64,000 nt of DNA from Dehalococcoidia bacterium. GTDB lineage: Bacteria; Chloroflexota; Dehalococcoidia; Lucifugimonadales; UBA1127. Location: the NCBI GenBank assembly GCA_965205235.1, contig CBDBGD010000003.1, positions 4,854-68,853 on the forward strand. The letters are read 5' to 3'. Below the pieces are notes generated by a model. That model did no database searches. It saw only the letters and a program-made list of their open reading frames with translations, and had not been told where the DNA came from. The position numbers were made by a program, and so were the translations under genes. Below are positions 56,526-64,000 of the stretch, piece after piece. Every line of letters begins with the position of its first letter. The stretch's first letter is position 1.

Positions 56526-57251
56526 ATGGCGAAGACGCGCATCGACCGGCTGCTGGTGGAGCGGGGTATTGCGACCACCCGGGAGAAGGCCCAGGCCCTG
56601 CTGATGGCCGGGCAGGTGCTCGTCAACGACCGGCCCGTCGTCAAGGCGGGGGCCATGGTTCAGGATGACGCCCAGGTACTCCTCAAGGCGCAGCTCCCAT
56701 ACGTGGGCCGTGGAGGCATCAAGCTGGCCCACGCACTGGAGATCTTCGGCCTCTCCGTCCAGGGGCTGGCGGCGTTGGATGTGGGCGCCTCCGCGGGCGG
56801 CTTCACCGACTGCCTCCTGCAGGCCGGAGCACGCCGCGTCTACGCCGTGGACGTGGGCTACGGCCAGCTGGACGTGAAGCTCCGCGCTGACCCGAGAGTC
56901 ACCGTCATGGAGCGCCTCAATGCCCGCTACCCCTTCCCTCTGCCGGAGCCCGTGGGCCTAATCACCGTCGACGTCTCGTTCATCTCCGTGACCCGTGTGA
57001 TCCCTCCGGCTGCCGAGCACCTGGTCCGCGGCGGCGCCATCGTCGCCCTGGTGAAACCGCAGTTCGAGGCGGAGCGGGGCGAGGTGGGTAGGGGCGGCGT
57101 CATTCGCAGGGCGGCCATCCATGCGCGTGTGCTGGGCCGTGTCATGCTGTGGGCCATTGCGCACCGCTTCCGCGTCCGGGGCCTGACGCCCTCCCCCATC
57201 CTGGGCGACGCCGGCAACAGGGAGTTCTTCCTGCTCCTCACCCGTGCCTGA
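56526..57251 (+). CDS. tlyA: TlyA-family rRNA 2'-O-methyltransferase
   Basis: S4 domain (RIDRLLVERGIATTREKAQALLMAG) and FtsJ-like MTase (LDVGASAGGFTDCLLQ, VDVSFIS). Confidence 0.88.
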   Translation: MAKTRIDRLLVERGIATTREKAQALLMAGQVLVNDRPVVKAGAMVQDDAQVLLKAQLPYVGRGGIKLAHALEIFGLSVQGLAALDVGASAGGFTDCLLQAGARRVYAVDVGYGQLDVKLRADPRVTVMERLNARYPFPLPEPVGLITVDVSFISVTRVIPPAAEHLVRGGAIVALVKPQFEAERGEVGRGGVIRRAAIHARVLGRVMLWAIAHRFRVRGLTPSPILGDAGNREFFLLLTRA

Positions 57252-57287
57252 ACCCGCCGATGGTATACTGGCGCCGGAGGGCGCCTC

Positions 57288-58157
57288 ATGGATCGGCTGC
57301 GTAGTCTCCTGTTCGTCCCCGGGGTCCGCCCGGACATGCTGCAGAAGGCCCCCAACTACCCCGTCGACGCTCTGGTCCCGGACATGGAGGACTCCGTCCC
57401 CGTGGGCGAGAAGGACCGGGCGCGGGAGACGGTGGCCCGGATGCTGCCCCACCTCGCCGCTTCGGGCGTGCCCGTCATCCCGCGAACCAACTCCCTGGGG
57501 ACGGGCCTACTGAGCGCCGACGCGGCCGCGGTGGTGGGCCCGCACATCGCCGGCGTCACCGTCGGCAAGATCGGCTCCGCCTGGGAGGTGAGGCAGGTCT
57601 GCGGTGTGCTGGAGGGCCTGGAGCGAGCTGCGGGCCTCCCCGTGGGGAGCACCCGCCTGCTGCCCTGGATCGAGACGGCCCGCGGTGTGGCCAACGCTGC
57701 CGAGATCTGCCGGGCCTCGCCGCGCATCGCTGCGGTGTGCTTCGGCGCCGACGACTACACGGCGGACATGGGCGTCCCCCGCAGCGCCGACGGGGTGGAG
57801 TTGCTGTACCCGCGGAGCGTGGTGGCAGTCGCGGCGCGGGCGGCGGGCATCCCTGCCCTCGACACGCCGTACACGGACTTCCGCGACGCGGAGGGCCTCC
57901 GCCAGGAGGCCGCACTGGCTCGACAGATGGGCTACAGCGGCAAGTTCGCCATCCACCCTGGCCAGATCGACGCCATCAACGGTGCCTTCGCTCCGACGCC
58001 CGAGGAGGTGGAGGAGGCGCGCAGAATCGTGAGCGCCTACGAGGCCGCGCGGGCCCAGGGCCATGGGGCAACGGCGCTCGACGGCCGGATGATCGACGCG
58101 CCGATTGTGCTGCGGGCCCGCAACGTGCTCGCGCTGGCCGAGTCCATGGGTCGCTAG
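57288..58157 (+). CDS. HpcH/HpaI aldolase / citrate lyase beta (CitE)-like lyase
   Basis: RSLLFVPG...DALVPDMEDSV...WIETARG...FGADDYTADMG...DAP pattern of CitE/malyl-CoA lyase-like enzymes. Confidence 0.85.
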   Translation: MDRLRSLLFVPGVRPDMLQKAPNYPVDALVPDMEDSVPVGEKDRARETVARMLPHLAASGVPVIPRTNSLGTGLLSADAAAVVGPHIAGVTVGKIGSAWEVRQVCGVLEGLERAAGLPVGSTRLLPWIETARGVANAAEICRASPRIAAVCFGADDYTADMGVPRSADGVELLYPRSVVAVAARAAGIPALDTPYTDFRDAEGLRQEAALARQMGYSGKFAIHPGQIDAINGAFAPTPEEVEEARRIVSAYEAARAQGHGATALDGRMIDAPIVLRARNVLALAESMGR

Positions 58158-58525
58158 TGGCCGACATAATCCGCCTGCAGGGCATGACCTTCTCCGCAGC
58201 CCATGGCGCCTCGCCGGGGGAGCACACTCGCGAGCGCCGCTTCATCGTCGACCTGGAGGTGGAGGCCGACCTGCGCCGCGCCGGCACCACCGACGACCTG
58301 GCCGACACGGTCAACTACAGTTTGCTACACGGCGTGGTCCGCGACGTGGTGAAGGGGCCTCCTGTCAACCTGCTGGAGACCCTGGCCGAGCGTATTGCGC
58401 AGCGGGTGATCCAGGAATTCTCGGTCTTGGCCGTGCGCGTTCGCGTGGGCAAGCCCGGCATCCCCGTCGACGAGGGGGGCCAGGCGATGGCCTCCGTGGA
58501 GGTCCGCCGGGAGCGGGGCGCGTAG
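58157..58525 (+). CDS. folB: dihydroneopterin aldolase
   Basis: IIRLQGMTFSAAHGASPGEHTRERRFIVDLEV...TVNYSLL...LLETLAERIA. GTG overlaps the upstream stop by 1 nt. Confidence 0.85.
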   Translation: MADIIRLQGMTFSAAHGASPGEHTRERRFIVDLEVEADLRRAGTTDDLADTVNYSLLHGVVRDVVKGPPVNLLETLAERIAQRVIQEFSVLAVRVRVGKPGIPVDEGGQAMASVEVRRERGA

Positions 58526-58602
58526 TCGTTGCGGTAGCCAAACGCCTGTGCTGCGCGTAGAATGGGTCAGGTAGTCGCGAGGTCCGGCTTCGGAGGTCCT
58601 GC

Positions 58603-60450
58603 TTGGTAAACGAGTCGACGGAGGGGGAAGGCCCCGTTCAGGAGTCACCATCCCAGCCCTCTCCACGACGCAGGACTCGCACCAGGCGCACTACAGCTTC
58701 CCCGTCTCCCACGAGCATCCCCCCCTCGACCGAAGGTACGCTCGGCTCCCTCGTGGCTGATGGCGTGGCGCCGCCGCCGGCAGAGGCGCCTGAGGCCGAT
58801 GAGACAGCGGCCGCGCCCCGGAGGCGTCGGCGCAGCAGCCGCAGCCAGGCCGCACCAGCAGCGGCAGATATCGCCACCACGCCCGCCGCGGAGGCGCAGG
58901 CCGAGCAGACAACGCCTGCCCCGCGGAGACGGCGCAGCAGCCGCAGCAAGACAGCGGCCGCGGCAGAGGCAGCGACGGCGACGCCCGTTGCGGAGGAAGG
59001 CGCTCAGCCCGAAGCGGAAGCAGAGCAGACAACGCCTACCCCACGGCGACGCAGGCGGAGCAGCCGGAGTGCGGCATCGGCCGTAACCGCGGAGGCAACC
59101 ATCACGCCCACCACGGAGACGAGCGTACCGCCGGATGCGCAGGCGGAGCAGGCAGCGCCCACCCCCCGGAGACGGCGCAGCAGCCGCAGCAAGGCATCGG
59201 CCGCGACAGAGGCAACCACCACGCCCGCCGCGGGGGAGAGCCCATCGCCAGAGGCCGAAGAGGCAGCGCCCGCGCCACGGAGACGGCGGCGGAGAGGCAG
59301 TCGCGGCGGAGCATCATCCGCAACAACGGAAGCCACGCCCGCCGCAGAGGAGACCCCACCCGCAGAGGCCGACGAGGCAGCGCCCCCTCCACGGAGGCGA
59401 CGGCGAAGGGGGAGTCGCGGCGGGGCATCATCTGCAGCAGCGGAGGCAGCTACGGGGCCAACCCCGGGAGAGAGCCCGGCGCCTGCAGAGGCGGAGGCAG
59501 CCAAGCCCTCGGCGCGTCGCCGGCGCAGGGGGTCCAGCGGTGGGCGTCGCCGTGGTGCGGCGGCTTCGCCAACGCCGGCCGACAGGGCCTTCGCCCACCC
59601 CAGCGAGGAAGAGTTCTCCCGCATCCTGGACTTCTACGGCGTCCGGTGGGTCTACGAGCCCCGCTCCTTCCCCTTGCGTTGGGACAACGGCCGCGCCGTG
59701 GAGCTGTTCACGCCGGACTTCTACCTGGAAGACCTGGACATCTGGCTGGAGCTCACCACGCTGAAGCAGAACTTGGTGACGGAGAAGAACCGCAAGCTCC
59801 GCCTGCTGCGCAAGCTCTACCCGGAGATCAACATCAAGCTCCTGTACAAGCGGGACTACCACCGGATTCTCGCCAGGTACGGCTTCGGCCCGCTGGCCCG
59901 GGACGAGGCCCCCCGCATCGAGCACGTCCTGTTCTCCACCAACCAGGTCCGCGAACGGGTGGCCGAGCTGGGTCGCGAGATATCCGAGGACTACAAGAAG
60001 CGCGCCCCGGTGCTCGTCGGGGTGCTGCGCGGGGGCCTGTGCTTCCTGGCGGACCTCATGCGGGAGGTCTCCCTACCCGTGTCGGTCGACTTCCTGTCCA
60101 TCTCCACGCCGGGAGCGGACAACCAGGGCGTTCGCATCACGAAGGAGCTGGACACTAGCATCGAGGGGAAGGACGTGATCCTGGTGGAGGACGTAGTGGA
60201 CACGGGCATGAGCCTGGACTACATCATCAGCTACCTGAAGACCAAGAAGCCCGCCAGTGTCGAGGTGTGCGCCCTGCTCGACAAGAAGATCCGGCGCATC
60301 GCCGACGTGCCGCTGCGCTACGTGGGCTTCGAGACGCCGGACGAGTTCGTGGTGGGCTACGGCCTCGACTACCTGGAGCGGTACCGCAACCTGCCCTTCA
60401 TCGGCGTCCTGAAGCCGGAGGCGGTGGAAGAGAGCGTCGCGTCGCCGTAG
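58603..60450 (+). CDS. hpt: hypoxanthine phosphoribosyltransferase fused to an N-terminal Arg/Ser-rich repeat region and a possible PD-(D/E)xK-like module
   Basis: The C-terminal ~180 aa are a canonical HPRT (PVLVGVLRGGLCFLADL, ILVEDVVDTGMSL, GYGLDY). Residues ~330-430 contain EEEF...FTPDFYLEDLDIWLELTTLK. Residues ~60-320 are seven PRRRR(R)SSRS/GSRGG repeats. TTG 58603 is preceded by GGAGG. Confidence 0.85.
   Translation: MVNESTEGEGPVQESPSQPSPRRRTRTRRTTASPSPTSIPPSTEGTLGSLVADGVAPPPAEAPEADETAAAPRRRRRSSRSQAAPAAADIATTPAAEAQAEQTTPAPRRRRSSRSKTAAAAEAATATPVAEEGAQPEAEAEQTTPTPRRRRRSSRSAASAVTAEATITPTTETSVPPDAQAEQAAPTPRRRRSSRSKASAATEATTTPAAGESPSPEAEEAAPAPRRRRRRGSRGGASSATTEATPAAEETPPAEADEAAPPPRRRRRRGSRGGASSAAAEAATGPTPGESPAPAEAEAAKPSARRRRRGSSGGRRRGAAASPTPADRAFAHPSEEEFSRILDFYGVRWVYEPRSFPLRWDNGRAVELFTPDFYLEDLDIWLELTTLKQNLVTEKNRKLRLLRKLYPEINIKLLYKRDYHRILARYGFGPLARDEAPRIEHVLFSTNQVRERVAELGREISEDYKKRAPVLVGVLRGGLCFLADLMREVSLPVSVDFLSISTPGADNQGVRITKELDTSIEGKDVILVEDVVDTGMSLDYIISYLKTKKPASVEVCALLDKKIRRIADVPLRYVGFETPDEFVVGYGLDYLERYRNLPFIGVLKPEAVEESVASP
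58780..59565 (+). repeat. in-frame degenerate tandem repeats (about 7 units of 105-123 nt)
   Basis: The core CC(C/A)CGGAG(A/G)CG(G/T)CG.AGCAGCCGCAGC recurs near 58816, 58921, 59041, 59164, 59275, 59389 and 59512. Confidence 0.85.
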
Positions 60451-60476
60451 GGGCCCAGCCCCGTAGCCCCTCCCTC

Positions 60477-61529
60477 CTACACAACCAGCATGCAGTCCCC
60501 GAAGCTCGCGAACCTGTAGCCCCGGTCCACGGCCTCCCGGTACGCCCCCAGCACCGGCTCCCGCCCCGCGAAGGCCGACACCAGCATCAGCAGCGTCGAG
60601 CGGGGCAGGTGGAAGTTCGTCACCAGTGCGTTGGGTACGCGGAAGTCGTGGCCCGGCAGCACCAGCAGGTCTGCCCACCCCGTGGAGGACGCCAGCGGGG
60701 TTTCGGCCGGCAGTCGAGCCGCCACCGTCTCCAGCAGGCGCACCGCCGTTGTGCCCACGCAGACCACTCTTCGTCCCTCGGCCTTCGCACGGTTGATGGC
60801 TGCGGCCGCATCCGGGCCCAGCTCGAAGAACTCCGCGTCCAGGACGTGCTCTCGCGGGTCCTCCGTTCGCACAGGGCGGAACGTGCCCGGCCCGATGTGC
60901 AGCGTGACGTAGGCCGACTCCACACCCTGGGCGGCCAGCCGCTCCAGCAGCGACGGGGTGAAGTGCAGCCCCGCCGTGGGGGCCGCGGCGCTGCCTGGGA
61001 CCCGGGCGTAGACCGTCTGGTAGCGCTCGGGGTCCGCCAGGGGTGTGTGGATGTACGGGGGAAGGGGCGCCTCGCCGGCCAGGTCCAGCTTCTCCTCCCC
61101 CTCCAGGCGCACCACCCTGTAGCCGTCGTCGTCCACCTCCAGCACGGTGGCCTCCAGGACCTCCCCCTTTCCCTCGAAGCGCAGCCGCGCGCCGGCCCGC
61201 AGCCGTCGACCGGGCCTCCCCATCGAGCGCCATAGGCCGGGAGCAAGGCGGCGCAGCAGCAGTAGCTCCACGTCGGCGCCCTGGGGCGCCGTGGCCCCGC
61301 GGAGACGCGCCGGCAGCACGCGGGTGTCGTTGAGCACCAGCAGGTCGCCGGGCCCCAGGTAGTCGGCTATCGCCGTGAAGCGGTCGCGGTGGGTGACGGC
61401 TCCGGTCGCCCGCTCCAGCACCAGCAACCGCGCCCGATCACGGGGCTCCACGGGCGTCTGGGCGATGAGCGCCGGCGGCAGGGTGTAGTCGAAGTCGCTG
61501 GTGCGCAAGGTGTGAGGAGGCTGGGCCAC
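60477..61529 (-). CDS. queA: S-adenosylmethionine:tRNA ribosyltransferase-isomerase
   Basis: FDYTLPPALIAQTPVEPRD..RLLVL, GSAAAPTAGLHFT, VGTTAVR and SFGDCMLV. Confidence 0.93.
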   Translation of the reverse strand: MAQPPHTLRTSDFDYTLPPALIAQTPVEPRDRARLLVLERATGAVTHRDRFTAIADYLGPGDLLVLNDTRVLPARLRGATAPQGADVELLLLRRLAPGLWRSMGRPGRRLRAGARLRFEGKGEVLEATVLEVDDDGYRVVRLEGEEKLDLAGEAPLPPYIHTPLADPERYQTVYARVPGSAAAPTAGLHFTPSLLERLAAQGVESAYVTLHIGPGTFRPVRTEDPREHVLDAEFFELGPDAAAAINRAKAEGRRVVCVGTTAVRLLETVAARLPAETPLASSTGWADLLVLPGHDFRVPNALVTNFHLPRSTLLMLVSAFAGREPVLGAYREAVDRGYRFASFGDCMLVV

Positions 61530-61539
61530 CGAGCCGGCC

Positions 61540-62433
61540 CTACGCTTCGCCGAGGACCTGCAGGCGGGCGGCCCTGAGCGTGTTCGACAGCAGCATGGCG
61601 ATGGTCATGGGGCCCACGCCGCCGGGCACCGGGGTTACCGCAGCCGCCACTTCAGACACGCTTGCGAAGTCAACGTCTCCGACGAGGCGGTACCCCCGCT
61701 TCCTCGACGGGTCGTCGACGCGGTTGATCCCCACGTCAACCACAGCCGCGCCCGGCTTGACCATGTCCGCCGTGATCGTGTTGGGGCGGCCCGCCGCGGC
61801 GACCAGGATATCCGCCTGTCGAGTGATGGCGGCTACGTCGGGCGTGCCCGTGTGGCAGACCGTCACGGTGGCGTTGGCCCCCTCCCGCTTCTGCACCAGC
61901 AGGAGGGCCAGCGGCTTGCCCACGATGGTGCTCCGCCCGCAGATGACCACGTGCTTGCCGTCGGGCGGGTAGCTGCTGCGGAGGAGGATCTCCTGGATGC
62001 CCGCCGGCGTGCAGGGCGGGAACAGCGGCGACCCTAGCACCAGGCGGCCCATGTTCTCCGGGTGCAGGCCGTCCACGTCCTTGGCGGGGTCCAGGGCTAG
62101 GACCGCCGCCTCCTCGTCGATGTGCGAAGGCAACGGGAGTTGGACCAGGATGCCGTGGTAGCGTTCGTCCCGGTTAAGCCGTTCCAGGAGGGCCAGGAGC
62201 TCCTGCTGGGGGGTCTCCTGGGGCAGGATGAAGGTCTCCGACGCCATGCCCGCCTCCTGGCAGGCCCGGCCCTTGTTGCGTACGTAGACGGCCGAGGCGG
62301 GGTCGTCGCCCACGAGCACCACGGCTAGGCCCGGCGTGAGGCCGTGGCGAGCCTGCAGCTCCCGGACCTCTGCAGCCACCTCCGCCCGGACCTCTGCGGC
62401 GATGCGGGCCCCATCCAGGAGCGTTGCGACCAT
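61540..62433 (-). CDS. folD: bifunctional methylenetetrahydrofolate dehydrogenase/cyclohydrolase
   Basis: [51 protein letters not shown] and [17 protein letters not shown] 62433 is preceded by GGGAGG. The 117-codon upstream extension in the track ORF was rejected. Confidence 0.93.
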   Translation of the reverse strand: MVATLLDGARIAAEVRAEVAAEVRELQARHGLTPGLAVVLVGDDPASAVYVRNKGRACQEAGMASETFILPQETPQQELLALLERLNRDERYHGILVQLPLPSHIDEEAAVLALDPAKDVDGLHPENMGRLVLGSPLFPPCTPAGIQEILLRSSYPPDGKHVVICGRSTIVGKPLALLLVQKREGANATVTVCHTGTPDVAAITRQADILVAAAGRPNTITADMVKPGAAVVDVGINRVDDPSRKRGYRLVGDVDFASVSEVAAAVTPVPGGVGPMTIAMLLSNTLRAARLQVLGEA

Positions 62434-62519
62434 CGGACCTCCCGTGTCTGCTAGCAGTCGGCTGGGCCAGTTTCCGGGCAGGCGCCTGGGGCTGTCAAGG
62501 CGCGGCTGATTGTGCGCCT

Positions 62520-62547
62520 TTGCACTGCCAAGGGGCCGTGCTATAAT
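62520..62547 (+). promoter_or_regulatory. putative sigma-70-type promoter of rpsO
   Basis: TTGCAC (62520-62525), a 16-nt spacer, then TATAAT (62542-62547), about 45 nt upstream of the proposed rpsO start. Confidence 0.5.
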
Positions 62548-62590
62548 GCCTGCGATAAGAAGAGGGAGAAAGGCAAACGCGAGGCTGGGT

Positions 62591-62854
62591 TTGGACAAAG
62601 CTGATAGGCAAGCAGTAATCGAGGAACACCGCAGGCACCCCACTGACACCGGTTCCTCCGAGGTACAGGTCGCCATTCTGACACGGCGCATCCGAGACCT
62701 CACCGGGCACCTCCAGGTGAACAAGCACGACGAGCATTCCCGGAGGGGCCTGCTGAAGATGGTCGGACGGCGCCGTAGACTCATTGCCTATCTCGCCCGG
62801 GAGGACGCTCCTCGAGCTCGGGCCCTCCTGGCCAGGTTGGGACTCCGCCGATAA
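62591..62854 (+). CDS. rpsO: 30S ribosomal protein S15
   Basis: [70 protein letters not shown] 62591 (after GAGG) gives 87 aa. Alternative ATG 62546 gives 102 aa. Confidence 0.88.
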   Translation: MDKADRQAVIEEHRRHPTDTGSSEVQVAILTRRIRDLTGHLQVNKHDEHSRRGLLKMVGRRRRLIAYLAREDAPRARALLARLGLRR

Positions 62855-62884
62855 CACTCCGGCCCCACCGGAGTGTTTCTTTTG
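62855..62884 (+). terminator. intrinsic terminator/attenuator between rpsO and pnp
   Basis: CACTCCGG-CCCCA-CCGGAGTG is an 8-bp perfect stem followed by TTTCTTTTG. It starts right after the rpsO stop. Confidence 0.75.
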
Positions 62885-62919
62885 TGTCTCTCCCCGCAAC
62901 GTAAAGGAGAGCTTTACCT

Positions 62920-64000
62920 ATGGTTCATCGAGTCCAACGTACTATTGCAGGCAAGACCCTCACGCTGGAGAGCGGCCTGCTGGCGGGTCAGGCCCACGGG
63001 GCCGTGACGCTTCGCCTGGGGGACACTGTGCTCCTGACCACGGTGGTCATGAGTTCGCCGCGGGCGGGCATCGACTTCTTTCCGCTGACCGTGGAGTTCG
63101 AGGAGCGCTTCTACGCCGCCGGCAAGATCCCCGGCAGCTTCTTCAAGCGGGAGGGGCGCCCCTCCACGGAGGCGACGCTGGCGGCCCGGCTCACGGACCG
63201 ACCCATCCGCCCCCTCTTCCCCAAGGGGTTCCGCAACGAGGTGCAGGTCATCTCCACCGTCCTCTCCGCAGACCGCGTACATCCGCCGGACATCCTCTCC
63301 ATCGTCGGCGCCTCCGCGGCCCTCACCCTCTCCCACATCCCCTTCCAGGGCCCCATCAGCGGGTGCCGGGTGGGCTACGTGGACGGTGAGTTCGTCGTGA
63401 ACCCCACCTTCGAGGAGATTGCGGCAAGCAAGCTGGACCTCATCATCGCCAGCTCCCAGGACGCAGTGGTCATGGTGGAGGCGGGGGCCAAGGAGGTCCC
63501 GGAGAGCCTGCTGCTGGAGGCCATGGACCGGGGCATGGAGGCCAACCGGGAAATCATCTCCATGGTCAAGGAGTTGGCCCAGGCCGTGGGCGTCCCCGCC
63601 AAGATGGAGTACTCCTCGCCGACCGGCTACGACCCCCAGGTCGAGCAGGCCGTCACGGCCGAGCTGAACGGTCGCCTCCGGGCCGCCGTCTTCTCCGGCA
63701 AGGAGAAGGGCGAGCGGGACACGGAGCTTGCAGCCCTCGAGCGTGAGGTCGTTGGGGTTGTCGGCGAGCAGCACGCGCCGGAGGACGCGGCCCTGGCCTT
63801 CGACACCCTGGTGCGAAGGGAGTTCCGCGAGGGCATCCTGGAGCGCGGCGTCCGCCCCGACGGGCGGGGCACCCGCGACGTGCGCCCCATCAGCTGCGCC
63901 GTGGGCCTCCTGCCTCGGACGCACGGCTCCGGCCTGTTCACTCGAGGGCAGACCCAGATTCTCAGCACCGTCACCCTGGGCTCCCTTGGGGAGCGACAGA
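62920..64000 (+). CDS. pnp: polyribonucleotide nucleotidyltransferase (PNPase), 3' end outside window
   Basis: MVHRVQRTIAGKTLTLESG...FFPLTVEFEERFYAAGKIPGSFFKREGRPS...RPLFPKGF. RBS AAAGGAGAG. Frame stays open to the window end. Confidence 0.93.
   Translation, partial: MVHRVQRTIAGKTLTLESGLLAGQAHGAVTLRLGDTVLLTTVVMSSPRAGIDFFPLTVEFEERFYAAGKIPGSFFKREGRPSTEATLAARLTDRPIRPLFPKGFRNEVQVISTVLSADRVHPPDILSIVGASAALTLSHIPFQGPISGCRVGYVDGEFVVNPTFEEIAASKLDLIIASSQDAVVMVEAGAKEVPESLLLEAMDRGMEANREIISMVKELAQAVGVPAKMEYSSPTGYDPQVEQAVTAELNGRLRAAVFSGKEKGERDTELAALEREVVGVVGEQHAPEDAALAFDTLVRREFREGILERGVRPDGRGTRDVRPISCAVGLLPRTHGSGLFTRGQTQILSTVTLGSLGERQ

Noticed and set aside
61540-62784. 414-aa extended folD ORF
   Set aside because: The FolD domain begins at MVATLLDG (62433) after a GGGAGG RBS. 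The upstream 117 codons cross the rpsO promoter and coding region on the opposite strand.

Overview
High-GC, densely coding bacterial chromosomal window: about 65 protein genes and one tRNA-Val. I saw no rRNA, CRISPR array, transposase or integrase. Hand counts of typical coding stretches give about 70% G+C (for example 43/60 at 3001-3060). The lineage is inference only. The Cheo-type LexA box (GAAC-N4-GTTC), the CsoR/CopA copper module, a split DipZ-like CcdA plus thioredoxin pair, Obg with a C-terminal extension, and a sortase together suggest a Chloroflexota/Thermomicrobia-like or other monoderm-type organism.

The backbone is housekeeping: pheST, moeA, rpoD-dnaG, tsaD, lexA, thiI, rpsT, relA/spoT, hisS, prfA-prmC, fmt, dnaA, obg, nadD, pyrE, tlyA, folB, queA, folD and rpsO-pnp. 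dnaA (49207-50538) follows a 400-bp AT-rich spacer (22/60 G+C at 48961-49020) with one near-consensus DnaA box. Essential genes diverge from this spacer, minus strand to the left and plus strand to the right, so it is a candidate oriC.

I found no complete, clearly novel multi-gene system. The non-housekeeping patches most worth follow-up are:
- A 432-bp insertion carrying a retropepsin-like aspartic protease sits inside the pheS-pheT operon and is bracketed by a perfect 45-bp duplication of the pheS 3' end.
- A 615-aa protein fuses about seven Arg/Ser-rich tandem repeats and a possible PD-(D/E)xK-like module to hypoxanthine phosphoribosyltransferase.
- A lower-GC gene directly downstream of tRNA-Val encodes a 1086-aa lipoprotein with eight 105-nt tandem repeats and an HExxH metallopeptidase module.
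- A stand-alone NucS/Shedu-like PD-(D/E)xK protein lies between pyrE and ccdA.
- A vWA plus PP2C-like dyad sits at the left edge with no partner kinase in view.
- A lower-GC EEP nuclease/phosphatase gene is embedded in the csoR-copA-YHS copper operon.
- A DUF2851-like gene is frameshifted at a G6 run.

All functional calls rest on motif and pattern recognition by eye. No database search was run.
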